64,000 nucleotides of DNA from Acidobacteriota bacterium (GCA_963666215.2 CAXWPL010000003.1:32001-96000); one strand, 5' to 3'; positions 17,583-28,300 are shown, numbered from the stretch's first letter. Numbers and translations are program-made. Notes: a model not told the origin generated them from the letters alone.

Positions 17583-17931
17583 CTCGAGCACCTCCCGGGT
17601 CGGCGCCGTGGCGTCCCTCCAGTCTTGAACGAAGCAACGACGCGCACGGCTAAGAGCGAGGACGCGATTCCATCTCCAAGGCCAGGTATGCCGTTCGGAG
17701 CCCAAATCTTCGAATTCGCTGGAAATCAACCGTCTCCGCGCTTCAAACCGAAGCGCGCCGAGTGCTGTCCAATCTCCCGAAACCCAGATGCCCGTGGCAT
17801 CGTGGTTTCGAGGTCGCGCGTATCGGGTCACCGCACAACGGGCCGGATAACGCGAACACCGCCCAGATCAGCGTAATCAGCGCGAATCAGCCCAACCGGG
17901 CACAAATGGGCTCGTCCCAGGAGAGCCGGAG

Positions 17932-18540
17932 TTGCTAGCAACGCTTCACCATGCCGGGGCACCTCTCGACGAGACCGACCTCGTGCGGCAGGCGGCAACG
18001 GGCGACACCTCGGCATTCGAGGCGCTCTATCGCAGCAACTCCGGCCGCATCTACGCCCTCTGCTTGAGAATGACCGCCAACCCCGCGATCGCCGAGGAGA
18101 TGGCCCAAGACGCTTTCATGCGTGCCTGGCAGAAGCTGCCCACGTTCAGAGGCGACGCGGCCTTCTCCACCTGGCTTCATCGCCTGACGGTGAACGTTGT
18201 GCTTTCGCATCGCCGCACCGCGGCACGCCGACGCGAGCGCATGAACACAGCCGACGAGCTGACGACGGTCGACGAGCCCACACAGGTGCGGCCCGGACGC
18301 TCCATGGATCTCGAACAGGCCATCGCGGCGCTCCCCGAGGGTGCGCGCAAGATCTTTGTTCTCTACAACATCGAGGGCTACCGCCACCAGGAGATCGCCT
18401 CGATCGCCGGAGTCGCCGTCGGCACATCCAAGGCTCAGCTCCACCGGGCCAGGCGCCTGCTGAGAAAGCACCTGCAGACACTCCCCGAAACCGCACAGCA
18501 TTCCACGAAAGAAGACCCACACCCGAGAAGCCAGTCATGA
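17932..18540 (+). CDS. ECF RNA polymerase sigma factor
   Basis: GDTSAFEALY, QDAFMRAW, FRGDAAFSTWLHRL, region 4 GYRHQEIA...GTSKAQLHRAR; start uncertain. Confidence 0.92.
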   Translation: MLATLHHAGAPLDETDLVRQAATGDTSAFEALYRSNSGRIYALCLRMTANPAIAEEMAQDAFMRAWQKLPTFRGDAAFSTWLHRLTVNVVLSHRRTAARRRERMNTADELTTVDEPTQVRPGRSMDLEQAIAALPEGARKIFVLYNIEGYRHQEIASIAGVAVGTSKAQLHRARRLLRKHLQTLPETAQHSTKEDPHPRSQS

Positions 18541-19299
18541 GCAATCCACTAGACGATCACGACGATCCGAAGCTCACCCCGGAGACGACCCCCGACACCT
18601 GCGAGTCGATCCGCGCGCTGCTCGACGACTACGTCGACGGCGAGCTGTCGACGGAGCAATTGACGGCCGCCGAACAACACCTGGGAGGCTGTGCCGCCTG
18701 CCGTGAGGTGGTTTCCCGCACTCGGATGCTGCTCGACAGCGCCCGCGCGCTGCCGCTGAGCATCGACCCGGAGCGCGATCTGTGGCCCTCGATCGAGGCG
18801 GAGATTCAGCGCAGCAAGTTGGTCGGCGGGCGTTTCAGCGAGCGACTCGCAGGCCGCGGCGAGAGTACTGCTCCGACGGCCCGGCGCTGGGCTGCCGCTC
18901 GCAGCGGCCGCAATGCTTCTGGTGGCCGTCTCGTCGGCAGTAACCGCGTATCTGATGCAACCGCCAGACCCCGGCCTGGTTGGCGGTGTGGGTCGGGTTA
19001 GCGACGAAGCCCTTTCTGAATTTGCCACCAGCTCGTGGCGCGAGTTCGAGAAGGTGGAGACCGAGTACCTCCGCGTTACCACGGAGCTCCTCGAAGCGCT
19101 CGATACACGGCGCGAGGAGCTGGCGCCGGAGACCATCCGTATCGTCGAGCAGAGCCTCATCGAGATCAACGAATCGATTGGCCGCGCCCGCGACGCGTTG
19201 GAGTTCGACCCGGGCAACAGCGGGTTGGCTCGCAAGCTCAATAACGCCTATCGCGGCCGTGTTCGACTGCTGCGAGAGATCACCCAACTACCCGCTTGA
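18537..19299 (+). pseudogene. zf-HC2 anti-sigma factor with a +1 frameshift before the TM helix
   Basis: C...LDDYVDGEL...HLGGCAAC zinc site. Removing one G from GGG 18889-18891 gives RRWLPLAAAAMLLVAVSSAVT and joins ORF 18913-19299. Confidence 0.8.
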
Positions 19300-19325
19300 T
19301 CACATCAGGAGAAAAGAGAATCGTT

Positions 19326-20201
19326 ATGCGCATCCAAGATCGTGGATCGAAGAAGTTGTTCCGCCTGGCCGCCGCAGCCGTTGGGATGGCGACGATGGCA
19401 TTGGCATCGAACGCCACCTCGGTGGCAACCGCGAGCACCACCCAGCGGTCCATCAACCTGAGCAAGGCTGCGAGCGCCGATGTTGAGCTGCAGATCGAGC
19501 TCATTGTTGGAGAGGTCGAGGTGGTGGGCTGGGATCGAGCCGAAGTGCAGGTCACAGGTACCGCCGACGCCGACGTCGCGAGCGTCGACCTCGAAGGCGG
19601 CTCTTCCAAGATGGAGCTCACGGTCGAGCTACCCGCCTGGGACAACGAAGACGGTAGCAACCAACGCCGACGCCGAGGGAACCGCGATCACTCGTGTGAG
19701 TGCGACGTGAGCCTTCAAGTACGGGTTCCGATGGGCGCGCGCGTCCAGGTGGAGGCGGTCACCGCACCGATCCGCATTTCGAACGTCTCCGGTGAGCTCG
19801 ATTTGGAGACCGTCACCGGGTCGGTAGAAGTCTCCGGGCCGGCTCGCCACATGACGATTTCCACCGTGACGGGCCGGATCTACGTGGGCGTGCCCGAGAT
19901 CACGCACGCCGATCTCGAGGCGGTCAACGGCGAGGTGACCGTCGAGGCCGCGCTGGCGCGGAACGCCAACGTCTCGATCGAGACCGTCAATGGCCCGGTC
20001 GAGTTGGTGATCCCCGCCGACACGTCGGCCGAGTTCGACGTGGAGACGTTCAGCGGCACAATCGACAACGCGTTCGGCTCCAACGGCGAGCGCACCAGCC
20101 GATGGGTGCCCGGTCTCGAGCTCCATTTCCGCTTGGGCGACGGCAGCGCCGACGTCTCCATAGAGACGCTCAACGGGCGCGTGATCCTGCGGCAGCGATA
20201 G
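19326..20201 (+). CDS. DUF4097 beta-strand repeat (adhesin-like) secreted protein
   Basis: Signal peptide, GEVEVVGWD, repeated ETVTG/STVTG/EAVNG/ETVNG/ETFSG/ETLNG; third gene of an ECF triad. Confidence 0.85.
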   Translation: MRIQDRGSKKLFRLAAAAVGMATMALASNATSVATASTTQRSINLSKAASADVELQIELIVGEVEVVGWDRAEVQVTGTADADVASVDLEGGSSKMELTVELPAWDNEDGSNQRRRRGNRDHSCECDVSLQVRVPMGARVQVEAVTAPIRISNVSGELDLETVTGSVEVSGPARHMTISTVTGRIYVGVPEITHADLEAVNGEVTVEAALARNANVSIETVNGPVELVIPADTSAEFDVETFSGTIDNAFGSNGERTSRWVPGLELHFRLGDGSADVSIETLNGRVILRQR

Positions 20202-20245
20202 CCGTCGCTGAGGTCGCCAGGTTCAGGCACCCCTCGGGCCGGCGC

Positions 20246-22792
20246 TCAAACGACGGCGGCCTCACGGCCGAACACCCGCACGCGGCGAAGCAACATGTTG
20301 AGCAGATAGGCGATCAGCGCTGCGGCGATCAATCCGGGACGCAAGCGCACAGCCTGCACAACCCGCTGGCCGTCGGCGTCGTGAACCTGGTCGGGGCTCG
20401 GATCGTGGCTGCCGCCGGTAGCCACGGCCCAGCTCGTCAGAGCCTCGCGATTGGGCGGCCGGTAGCGCAGCTCGGCGGGGAACTCGGGTGCTATGCGGCG
20501 GCTCAGCTCGTTGCCGGAATCATCGCGATAGCTGACCTCGAGGCCGTTGCGAGTGGCCGGCAGCAAGGCTTCGTAGCGCCCCGGTGCGGCCTGCGCCAGC
20601 TCAATCGTGAGGCTCGTGCCGTCAGCCCGCATAACATCGACCTGAGGCCGCTGTCCGTTGATCAAGCGGCCGTTGGCGTCGACCAGGTCGAGCTGGATGC
20701 CCGAGCGGCCGTCGGAGTCGGCATCAGGCACCAGCTGCAGCTCTGGCCCACGAAACTCGGGCTGGCGCATCGTCTCGCGCACGAGCTGCGCCCAGAACTT
20801 GCCGTAGCCTTCCCAATCGAGCCAATCGACCGCCCATCGATTTTTGACGTCGGAGGCAAACAGCACGGTGCGGCCCAGACCGTACTGCCATCGTGCCAGC
20901 AGTGGATCTCCCTCATCCGATTCGAGCACGATCTCGGCGTTCTCCTTCGCCATCGTGCGTACAAAGCCCAGCAGTGCCGGAGCGGTCTCCAGATCAATCC
21001 CAGTAAGCGCCTCGATCTGCTTCACCACCACCGGCCGCACCGACGAACTCTCCTCGATCGTAATGCCAGCAGCCATCTGCGTCTCGTCCACAAAGATCTC
21101 GGGCACCTTCGTTGGATCTTCGATGTAGTAGGCGCGGCCCTCGCCCCAGGTTGCGATGTTACTGAGAAGCTCGCGGTCGGCCTTGTCGCCCACCGCCACG
21201 GTGGAGACAGTGATGTCTGCCTCCGCCATGCGCGTCACCAGCTCCTCGTAATCGTCCTCATAGGTCTTGCCGTCGGAGAGAAGAATGACGTGCTTGACCT
21301 CGGCCTCTTCGGGCAGGAGAACGGCGTAGACGTCCTGCAACGCGGGGTAGATGTTGGTCGGCGAGCTCGCCTCGATACTAGCGATACGGGCGCGAATGCG
21401 ATCCTTGTCCGCTGCAGATGCCAGCGGCACCGGCCAGTAGAAGTGATAGTCGAACGCCAGCAAGCCGAAGCGCTGGTCGTCTTCCAGCAGCTCGACCGCG
21501 GCTTTCGAAGCCTCTTTGGCCAGTGCCATCTTGTCGCCCACCATGCTGTACGACTTGTCGAGCGCAATCACGAGCGCCAGATCCTTGGGCTCGCGCTCGG
21601 CACGGAACCAAACGGGCAGGATGCGCTCGATCGCGGTGTCGGTGTAGCCCTCCTCGCCGTACACCGACTCGCCACCTGTGAGAATCAGGCCGCCGCCGAG
21701 CGTCTCGACGTAACTGGCGAGCGCCTCCATCGAGGCCGGGTTGAGCGTTGTCGGGTCGATGTCACTGAGCAGCACCGCGTCGTAGGCGGCAAGGTCGCCG
21801 GGCCGCAGAGGTAGCGCCCACGGCGCGGTGATGTCGACTTCGAAACCGCCGTCCTCGAGCGCGCGCCGCAAGTAGGTGCTAGCCGTCGGCTGCCCCTCCA
21901 CGTACAGCACGCGAGAGGGCGCCCCGGCATGCACGGCCAGGCTCCACGTGTTGTTATCCGGAACCGGATCGCCGTCGCTCTCGAGTGTCACGCGAACAAT
22001 CGCCGCACCGGCATTCTCGAGGCTGGCCTCGATGAACAGCTCTGCCGTGCCCACGGCAAGATCGATAGAGCGCCGATCGATGAGGCGGCCGTCGATCTCC
22101 ACCACCAGCCGTGCACGCACGGCGCGCTGGCTGGCGACCACCACGCGAAGGTCGAACGGCATTCCAGCCGTGACGTAGGACGGCGCCTCCACCGCATCGA
22201 GCCAGGCGTCGCCGTTGCCGCGCTCCCTGAGCGGCACCGTGTAGATCCTCGAGTCCAGCTCTTTCAGTCTTCCGGTTGCCGCATCGGCGTCTCCGGTGGT
22301 CTGCCAGCCATCGCTCAGCAGTACCACGCGGCCGACATGTTCCGCGGGCAAACTGGCGAGCGCCGCGTCGAAAGCCGCTTCGATGTCGGTGGCCGATCGA
22401 TCGAGTCCTCCTCCGCCCACCCTTACTTGGCGCAGTGAGGCGGCATCGTCCGACGCCACCACATTGCGCCCGAAGGCAAGGAATCTGCTGACGTCGGCGT
22501 CTCCTTGTTCCTCGGCAAGCTCAATCCACTCGATAGCGCTCTCGATCGCTCGCGGCTCGACACTCTGTGAGATATCCAGCAAATAGGCCACCGCGAGCCG
22601 AGCGGTGGGGCGGAACCAAACCGGCTCCATGAGTGCCAGCGCCACCAGCACGACCGCCGCACCACGCAGCAGAAATTGCGCGTTGAGCTGGCGCGGATCG
22701 AACTCGAGCAGGGTGTGCTGCCGCGCCCACCACATCAGCGGCAATGCCGTCAGCAGTGCGAGGGGCCAGACGGACTCCACGCTGAACGGCAC
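20246..22792 (-). CDS. Membrane protein with two vWA domains and a GATase1-like domain
   Basis: MIDAS motifs DISQS and DKSYS, LLSDG x2, YDAVLLSD...GGGLILTGG, PLLARWQYGLGR; start reassigned to GTG 22792, overlapping the upstream TAG. Confidence 0.85.
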   Translation of the reverse strand: MPFSVESVWPLALLTALPLMWWARQHTLLEFDPRQLNAQFLLRGAAVVLVALALMEPVWFRPTARLAVAYLLDISQSVEPRAIESAIEWIELAEEQGDADVSRFLAFGRNVVASDDAASLRQVRVGGGGLDRSATDIEAAFDAALASLPAEHVGRVVLLSDGWQTTGDADAATGRLKELDSRIYTVPLRERGNGDAWLDAVEAPSYVTAGMPFDLRVVVASQRAVRARLVVEIDGRLIDRRSIDLAVGTAELFIEASLENAGAAIVRVTLESDGDPVPDNNTWSLAVHAGAPSRVLYVEGQPTASTYLRRALEDGGFEVDITAPWALPLRPGDLAAYDAVLLSDIDPTTLNPASMEALASYVETLGGGLILTGGESVYGEEGYTDTAIERILPVWFRAEREPKDLALVIALDKSYSMVGDKMALAKEASKAAVELLEDDQRFGLLAFDYHFYWPVPLASAADKDRIRARIASIEASSPTNIYPALQDVYAVLLPEEAEVKHVILLSDGKTYEDDYEELVTRMAEADITVSTVAVGDKADRELLSNIATWGEGRAYYIEDPTKVPEIFVDETQMAAGITIEESSSVRPVVVKQIEALTGIDLETAPALLGFVRTMAKENAEIVLESDEGDPLLARWQYGLGRTVLFASDVKNRWAVDWLDWEGYGKFWAQLVRETMRQPEFRGPELQLVPDADSDGRSGIQLDLVDANGRLINGQRPQVDVMRADGTSLTIELAQAAPGRYEALLPATRNGLEVSYRDDSGNELSRRIAPEFPAELRYRPPNREALTSWAVATGGSHDPSPDQVHDADGQRVVQAVRLRPGLIAAALIAYLLNMLLRRVRVFGREAAVV

Positions 22793-24732
22793 TACAGAGT
22801 GATCCGGCGATGGGCGGTGAGAGCCTCGCCCACGAACAGGAGGGCCGCCAGCAGCAGCAACGCTGGCCACACGCGACGGGCCCCCGAAAGAGTCTCCGGT
22901 TCGTCCGACTCGGCGCCTTCGGAGCCTGGCGCGAGCACCGAACGTCCGATGTCGGAGATGCCAGCGCCTGCCAACAAAACCGCGATCGGCATCGCCCGGG
23001 CGCTGCCTCCGCCACGCGGCCGCGCAACATAGATCCCGGGCTGGGCTGCGGCGAACCGAGTGCCTCCGTCGATGTCGCGGCCCTCGACCGTTTGGTCGGT
23101 TGGGTCCGTTTGATCCCCGCCCGCCACCGGTTGCGATCGGACCCGCGAGATCGTCGCCCGGAAAGGCACCTCGACGGTTCCGGGTACACGACGCAAATAG
23201 CTCGAGTCGGCGCGGAACCAGTCGACCACGTTGCTGACGAAAATCGGGAAGCCCAGGCTGCCGGCGATGTCGGAATCTTCGAGTGCGAACGTCAACAAGA
23301 GCTGCGGCACCGGCTGCTCGCGCACCAGCATCAACGGTGTCGTGCTGCTTCCGACGAGCACACGCCACTCGCTCGAGCCCGCGGGCGCCGCCGTGGTCGC
23401 GGTCGTAGTCGTGTCAACGCGCACTGCACGCTCTACGCGCACGTCGTCAAACGCCACCTGCCGCAGCAGCTGCTGCGCGCGAGCCTCATCGGAAATCGAG
23501 AACCCCGGCTCCACGACGACGCCGCTCCGCTCCGGTAACCAGTCGGCGTCGGGAGGCGCGATGACCATGGTCGGGCTGCGGGGCGCGGCGGGCGGTGCGA
23601 AGCGGTCGAGGATGACGCCGTCGAAGTCATCACCTCCCCCGCCTCCGCCGGCTGCGGCCTGGATCGAGGCCGACACGGTCGGCCCCGGGTAGTTCTCCGG
23701 GGCGACCACCGTCAACTCAACCGCGTCGAGCTCCTCGAGCAACTCGCGCAACGCACGGTTGCCGGGCGTTACGAGCAGCAGCCGCGTAGCTCGCGAGCGC
23801 GGTAGGAACGCGTATCCCACGTCGTCGGCGGCAAACGCGTCCCCGGTGCCGCCGGTGGCGGCACCGGGGAACGAAGCCGAGGCGACCAGGGCACCGCCCT
23901 CGAGCGTCGACACATCGAACGTATTACGGTAGCGCTCGCGGGACTGCAGAGTGACCGTGCGCCGGAACTGCACGCCGCGATCGTCGCGAATTTCCATGCG
24001 CACCTCGTGCGCGGCCAAGCCGAAGTTAGTGACCTCGAGGTAGGCCTCGGATGCGCGCTCGGAGGCCGGGACGCGCCGCACCTCGAATGCCGTCAACGCC
24101 ACGTTGTCGGCTGCCTCGAACACCGAGCGCGTTTGCACCGACTCCGGCAGCCGCGGCAGCGCTACGCCGTCGGTAATGAACACCACCTCGAGGCCGGAGT
24201 CGAGCTGCGGCCACCTGAAGTCGGCGTGCCAGGGTTGCAGATCGTCGAGCGCCGCGAGCGCCGCCGAGCGGTGTCGACTCTCGGCGGCGAGCACTCGTCC
24301 ACCCGTATCGGCGAGCAGGAACCGGTCCGCACCCGAAGACGCCTCGAGCGTGCGGCGCGCCAAAGCCACCGCCCGCTGCCAGCGGCTCTCGCCGTTGGCG
24401 GTCGTAGCGGTCATGTTGAGGCGCGTATCAAGCACGAGTGCGACGCGCCGTGGCGTATCAACCGCTTCACCATCTCCGTCGAGCTCTGCCTCGGCGAATG
24501 CGCCGGCCAGCGACAGACCAATCGCCAGCGCGATCAGCAGCGACAGCAACTTGCGGAGAATCTCCAGCAGTGACCGCCGCTTGCGCTTCTCGAGCACCCT
24601 CTCCCAGAGCAGCGAGGACGACACCACGAAGCGCCGGTGCTGCACCTTCAAGAAGAAGATGATGATCACGGCGAGGGCAGTGGCGGCGAGCAGCGTAAAG
24701 GCAGCCGTCTGCGACAGTCCGACGAAGCTCAT
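22792..24732 (-). CDS. BatA-like N-terminus and vWA domain protein
   Basis: N-terminal double TM with VSSSLLW, degenerate MIDAS DTRLNM, FITDG, C-terminal TM helix. Confidence 0.82.
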   Translation of the reverse strand: MSFVGLSQTAAFTLLAATALAVIIIFFLKVQHRRFVVSSSLLWERVLEKRKRRSLLEILRKLLSLLIALAIGLSLAGAFAEAELDGDGEAVDTPRRVALVLDTRLNMTATTANGESRWQRAVALARRTLEASSGADRFLLADTGGRVLAAESRHRSAALAALDDLQPWHADFRWPQLDSGLEVVFITDGVALPRLPESVQTRSVFEAADNVALTAFEVRRVPASERASEAYLEVTNFGLAAHEVRMEIRDDRGVQFRRTVTLQSRERYRNTFDVSTLEGGALVASASFPGAATGGTGDAFAADDVGYAFLPRSRATRLLLVTPGNRALRELLEELDAVELTVVAPENYPGPTVSASIQAAAGGGGGGDDFDGVILDRFAPPAAPRSPTMVIAPPDADWLPERSGVVVEPGFSISDEARAQQLLRQVAFDDVRVERAVRVDTTTTATTAAPAGSSEWRVLVGSSTTPLMLVREQPVPQLLLTFALEDSDIAGSLGFPIFVSNVVDWFRADSSYLRRVPGTVEVPFRATISRVRSQPVAGGDQTDPTDQTVEGRDIDGGTRFAAAQPGIYVARPRGGGSARAMPIAVLLAGAGISDIGRSVLAPGSEGAESDEPETLSGARRVWPALLLLAALLFVGEALTAHRRITL

Positions 24733-24970
24733 GCGATTCAGGGGGAGGCGAAAACGCCGCGGGGAAGGATCGTGCAGTCAGCCCAGGGTGGATTGTATCT
24801 GCCCTGGCGCCTCGAGGCCTAGCGTCCGGACGTCAACTCGTCGCCTCGCACCGCGTGCCGCCATTGCGAGTCTCGGCGACGCCACTCTTCGCGACCCTGA
24901 GCTCACGCCCGAATCGCCGCAAGGCCAAGGCGTGCGCCGCTGGCTCAGAACCCGGGAACGCTGCTCCCGA

Positions 24971-25921
24971 CTAGTTCAGGAAGCGGCCTTGGCGGAAGAT
25001 CTGGAGAATCAGATCTTCGAACGGGAACTCGGTGACGGTGCGGACGTAGCCGAAGCCGTAGAGAGAGCAGTAGTGCTCGATCTCGTCGCAGAACCCGTCG
25101 AACTCCTCCCGATAGGCCTTCAGCAGCGCCGGAGTGGCGGTCAGATCGCGGCGAGAACGGGTTTCCCGATCGACGAGAGTGATCTCGCCGTTGACAAGCG
25201 GCTCGACGTCGACTGGACTCACCACGTGCAGCGCCAGCACGTCCTGTCGCCGGTAACGCAGCTTGTCGAGGCTCTCCAGCGTGCCGTTGGGATCGAGAAA
25301 GTCGGAGATCACAACCGCCATCCCGCGCCGCTTGCGAGCCGAAAAATATCGATTGAAGGCAGCCGCAGCGTCGGTCGTGTCGGTCGGCTGGACCCCCGAG
25401 AGGAAGCGAAAGACGTTGAAGATCTGGCTCTTGGTTCGCTGGACTGGAAGCTCGTCGATCAGTCGATTGGAGTAGGCGGCCAGCGTCACCCGATCGAGGT
25501 TCGACAGGCCGACGTAGGCAAGCGCGGCGGCGACTTTCTTGGCGTAGTCGAGCTTGGCTCCGCCGTCGTGCCCCATCGAGCCGCTGGCATCCAGAAAGAT
25601 GTAGATTGGCAGATCGGTCTCCTCCTCGAACAGACGCATGATGAGGCGATCGAAGCGGAGATAGGCACGCCAGTCGACGCGGCGGAAGTCGTCGCCGGGC
25701 ACGTAGCCGCGATAGTCGGCAAACTCGACGCCCGAGCCCACGCTCTTGGCTCGGCGCTCGGCCTTGAACTGGCCGGATAGCAGACGCTTCGACACGAGAC
25801 TCAGGAGCTCCAGCTTGCGCAGAAACTCCTCGTCGAAAGGCGCCAGGCCCTTGTCGAGTCGAGGGCTGGGACCGGCACCGCTCGATGCGGTTCCCGCCGC
25901 CGTCGAAGCACTAGCGACCAT
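24971..25921 (-). CDS. DUF58 family protein
   Basis: GSGVEFADYRGYVPGDDFRRVDW, LDASGSM, VISDFL. Confidence 0.92.
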   Translation of the reverse strand: MVASASTAAGTASSGAGPSPRLDKGLAPFDEEFLRKLELLSLVSKRLLSGQFKAERRAKSVGSGVEFADYRGYVPGDDFRRVDWRAYLRFDRLIMRLFEEETDLPIYIFLDASGSMGHDGGAKLDYAKKVAAALAYVGLSNLDRVTLAAYSNRLIDELPVQRTKSQIFNVFRFLSGVQPTDTTDAAAAFNRYFSARKRRGMAVVISDFLDPNGTLESLDKLRYRRQDVLALHVVSPVDVEPLVNGEITLVDRETRSRRDLTATPALLKAYREEFDGFCDEIEHYCSLYGFGYVRTVTEFPFEDLILQIFRQGRFLN

Positions 25922-25962
25922 CGAGCTCGTTCCTTCCTATCGACCGACCGTGAACCGATGCG

Positions 25963-26976
25963 CTAACCCTGCGGACCCGGAAGCGACTCGAGGATCGCCC
26001 GGATGATGGTGTCGGTGTCGACGCGATCGGCCTCGCCCTCGAAGTTCAGCAGCACGCGATGTCGCAGCGCGGGTAGCGCCACGGCCTGGATATCGGCGGC
26101 GGCCACATGCACGCGGTCATGCAGCAAAGCGCGAATCTTGCCGGCGAGCACGATCGCCTGGATGGCTCGCGGCCCTGCCCCATAACGAACATAACGCGTG
26201 GTCATGTCGTGCCTGTGATGCGAGTCGGGGTGTGTTGCCAGAGTCAGGCGAATGGCGTAGTCCTGCACAGGCTTGGCGATCGGTACGGAACGCACCGTCC
26301 GACGCATTTCGAGGATTTGCTCGCCGTCGAGAACCCGCTCCACTTGCGGCTCCTCCAACTGGGTCGTGCGTTCGATGATCTCGTGCAGGCTCTCGATGTC
26401 GGGAAACTCGAGCTTGAGCTTGAAGAGAAAACGATCAAGCTGTGCTTCGGGCAACGGATACGTGCCCTCCATCTCGAGCGGATTCTGCGTAGCCAGCACC
26501 AGGAAGGGCTGCTCGAGCTTGTAGCTGGTCCGGCCCACGGTGACGCTGTGATCCTGCATCGCCTCGAGCAGCGCCGACTGCGTCTTGGGCGTGGCGCGAT
26601 TGATCTCGTCGGCCAACAGCACGTTGGCGAACACCGGCCCGGGCTGGAAGTCGAGGTGCTTGTCGCCGTCGGCCGATTCGAGCACGACGTTGGTGCCGAC
26701 AATGTCGGCGGGCATCAGGTCGGGTGTGAACTGAATGCGCGAAAACTCCAGGTGCAGCACGTCCGAGAGCGTTTGTACCAACTTCGTCTTGCCAAGCCCT
26801 GGAACCCCTTCGAGGAGCGCATGGCCGTTTGCCAGCAGGCAAATCAACAGGCCCTCGATAATCTCCTCGTTGGCGACAATGACCTTGCCGATTTCGTCTC
26901 GAACGCGGCCGAAGCGCTGCTGGAAATCGGCGATCTGCTGTTCGGGCTTCTCGGCCTGCTGCAACGGGGCGGTCAT
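25963..26976 (-). CDS. moxR: MoxR family AAA+ ATPase
   Basis: GVPGLGKT, RIQFTPDLMPAD, LADEINRATPKTQSALLEAM, ATQNPLEMEGTYPLPEAQLDRF. Confidence 0.95.
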   Translation of the reverse strand: MTAPLQQAEKPEQQIADFQQRFGRVRDEIGKVIVANEEIIEGLLICLLANGHALLEGVPGLGKTKLVQTLSDVLHLEFSRIQFTPDLMPADIVGTNVVLESADGDKHLDFQPGPVFANVLLADEINRATPKTQSALLEAMQDHSVTVGRTSYKLEQPFLVLATQNPLEMEGTYPLPEAQLDRFLFKLKLEFPDIESLHEIIERTTQLEEPQVERVLDGEQILEMRRTVRSVPIAKPVQDYAIRLTLATHPDSHHRHDMTTRYVRYGAGPRAIQAIVLAGKIRALLHDRVHVAAADIQAVALPALRHRVLLNFEGEADRVDTDTIIRAILESLPGPQG

Positions 26977-26995
26977 CTACGTGGTCCTCTTCTTC

Positions 26996-28300
26996 TTATT
27001 CGCGTCGGACATTGTCGCGCGCGCGCATCTTCATGAAGTAGTCGCGAATCAACGCTCGATAGCGCCAGTGAATCGGCTCGCCGTGGAGATCCTCCTGCCT
27101 CGCGAACTCGCTCCGCGCCGTAACGTTGCGAGTTTCGAGTCGCGAGCGCTCCGAGCGAGTAATCTCCTCGATCTTGTCTTCCTCTTCTTCTTCGGGCGTC
27201 TCCTCGGGCGGCAGAGCCAGAATCTCACGCTCGAGCTCAACCTCGAGCGTGCTCAGCTCGCCCTCTTCGAACACCTGCTCGTCTCCGCCCTCACGAGTCG
27301 CGTGCCCGATCTCTTCCTCCGATAACTCGCCGGGGTCGAGCTCCTCGCCCTCTTCCTGCAGGAAAACCTCGTCGCCCCCCGGCATCATGGCGCCCGGTTC
27401 CTCTGCGGGCTCGCCCTCGGACTGCTCACTGCTGGCCGACGGGTCGGGCGGCGTTTCCTGGCCTTCTTCGCTGCGCGGCAGATCTTCGGGGTTCTCCACC
27501 TCCATGTCCTGGGACTCGCCCTGAGGCTCGCCTTCCTCGCTGCCCCGCTCATCGCCCATCACTGAGCCTTCGGGCTCGGGAGACTCCCCTTCCTCGGGCG
27601 CCATCTCGCCCTCTTCGGGAAGCGCGTCAATACCCTCCTGCTCGCCCTCGAGCAGGCTCGGCAAATTGACGCGCTCCTCTTCTCGAAGCTGCTCGGGGTC
27701 CTCGGCGTCCTCGCCCACTCCTGCCTCATCGAGCTGACCGAGCGGGTTGGCGTCAGCGAGCTCACCGCCAGCGACATCTGGAAGCGCAACGGCGCCGGCC
27801 AACCGCTCGAACAAACCAGAGGAGGGCAAAAAAAAGCTCGCGACCACAAACCCCAACGCCGCCGCGGCGACCACGCCCAGCCTCTTCGGCATCTCGCGCG
27901 GCACCAGGCGCTCGGCGCTCAGGGAAGTCGCCGTGGCCGCAACGCGCTGCAGATGCAACTCGGTCCAGGCCGTGTCGGTACCTTCGGTGGCGAACCAGTG
28001 GCCTGAGGTCATCTCGCTGTCGAGGTCGGCGGCCTCGTCGACATGCACCGCCGCCGCCCCCAGCGTCCCCCCATGACGCAGCCTCAGTGCGGTATGCATC
28101 GCCAAGCCGGCGACACCGAGCACGTAGACCGGCCACCCGACCCGCAAGCCCGGCGAGACCAGGGCGGTCCAGAGCCTGAGCACCGCGCACAGCAGCAGGG
28201 CTCGCCACAGCCAATCGGTCAACCCCTGTGTCCAGCGGTTGGCGCGCGCGCGAGCGCGCACCAGGCGCAGGAGCTGGAGAGTGATTTCCTGAGGGGTCAT
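26996..28300 (-). CDS. Membrane protein with a long acidic low-complexity region (first gene of the MoxR operon)
   Basis: Three hydrophobic segments, Glu-rich tail, C-terminal YRALIRDYF. Confidence 0.75.
   Translation of the reverse strand: MTPQEITLQLLRLVRARARANRWTQGLTDWLWRALLLCAVLRLWTALVSPGLRVGWPVYVLGVAGLAMHTALRLRHGGTLGAAAVHVDEAADLDSEMTSGHWFATEGTDTAWTELHLQRVAATATSLSAERLVPREMPKRLGVVAAAALGFVVASFFLPSSGLFERLAGAVALPDVAGGELADANPLGQLDEAGVGEDAEDPEQLREEERVNLPSLLEGEQEGIDALPEEGEMAPEEGESPEPEGSVMGDERGSEEGEPQGESQDMEVENPEDLPRSEEGQETPPDPSASSEQSEGEPAEEPGAMMPGGDEVFLQEEGEELDPGELSEEEIGHATREGGDEQVFEEGELSTLEVELEREILALPPEETPEEEEEDKIEEITRSERSRLETRNVTARSEFARQEDLHGEPIHWRYRALIRDYFMKMRARDNVRRE

Noticed and set aside
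22793-23368. N-terminal ~190 aa of the 1040-aa ORF-track call
   Set aside because: Overlaps the upstream vWA gene in another frame and is Arg-rich noise; the start fits GTG 22792.
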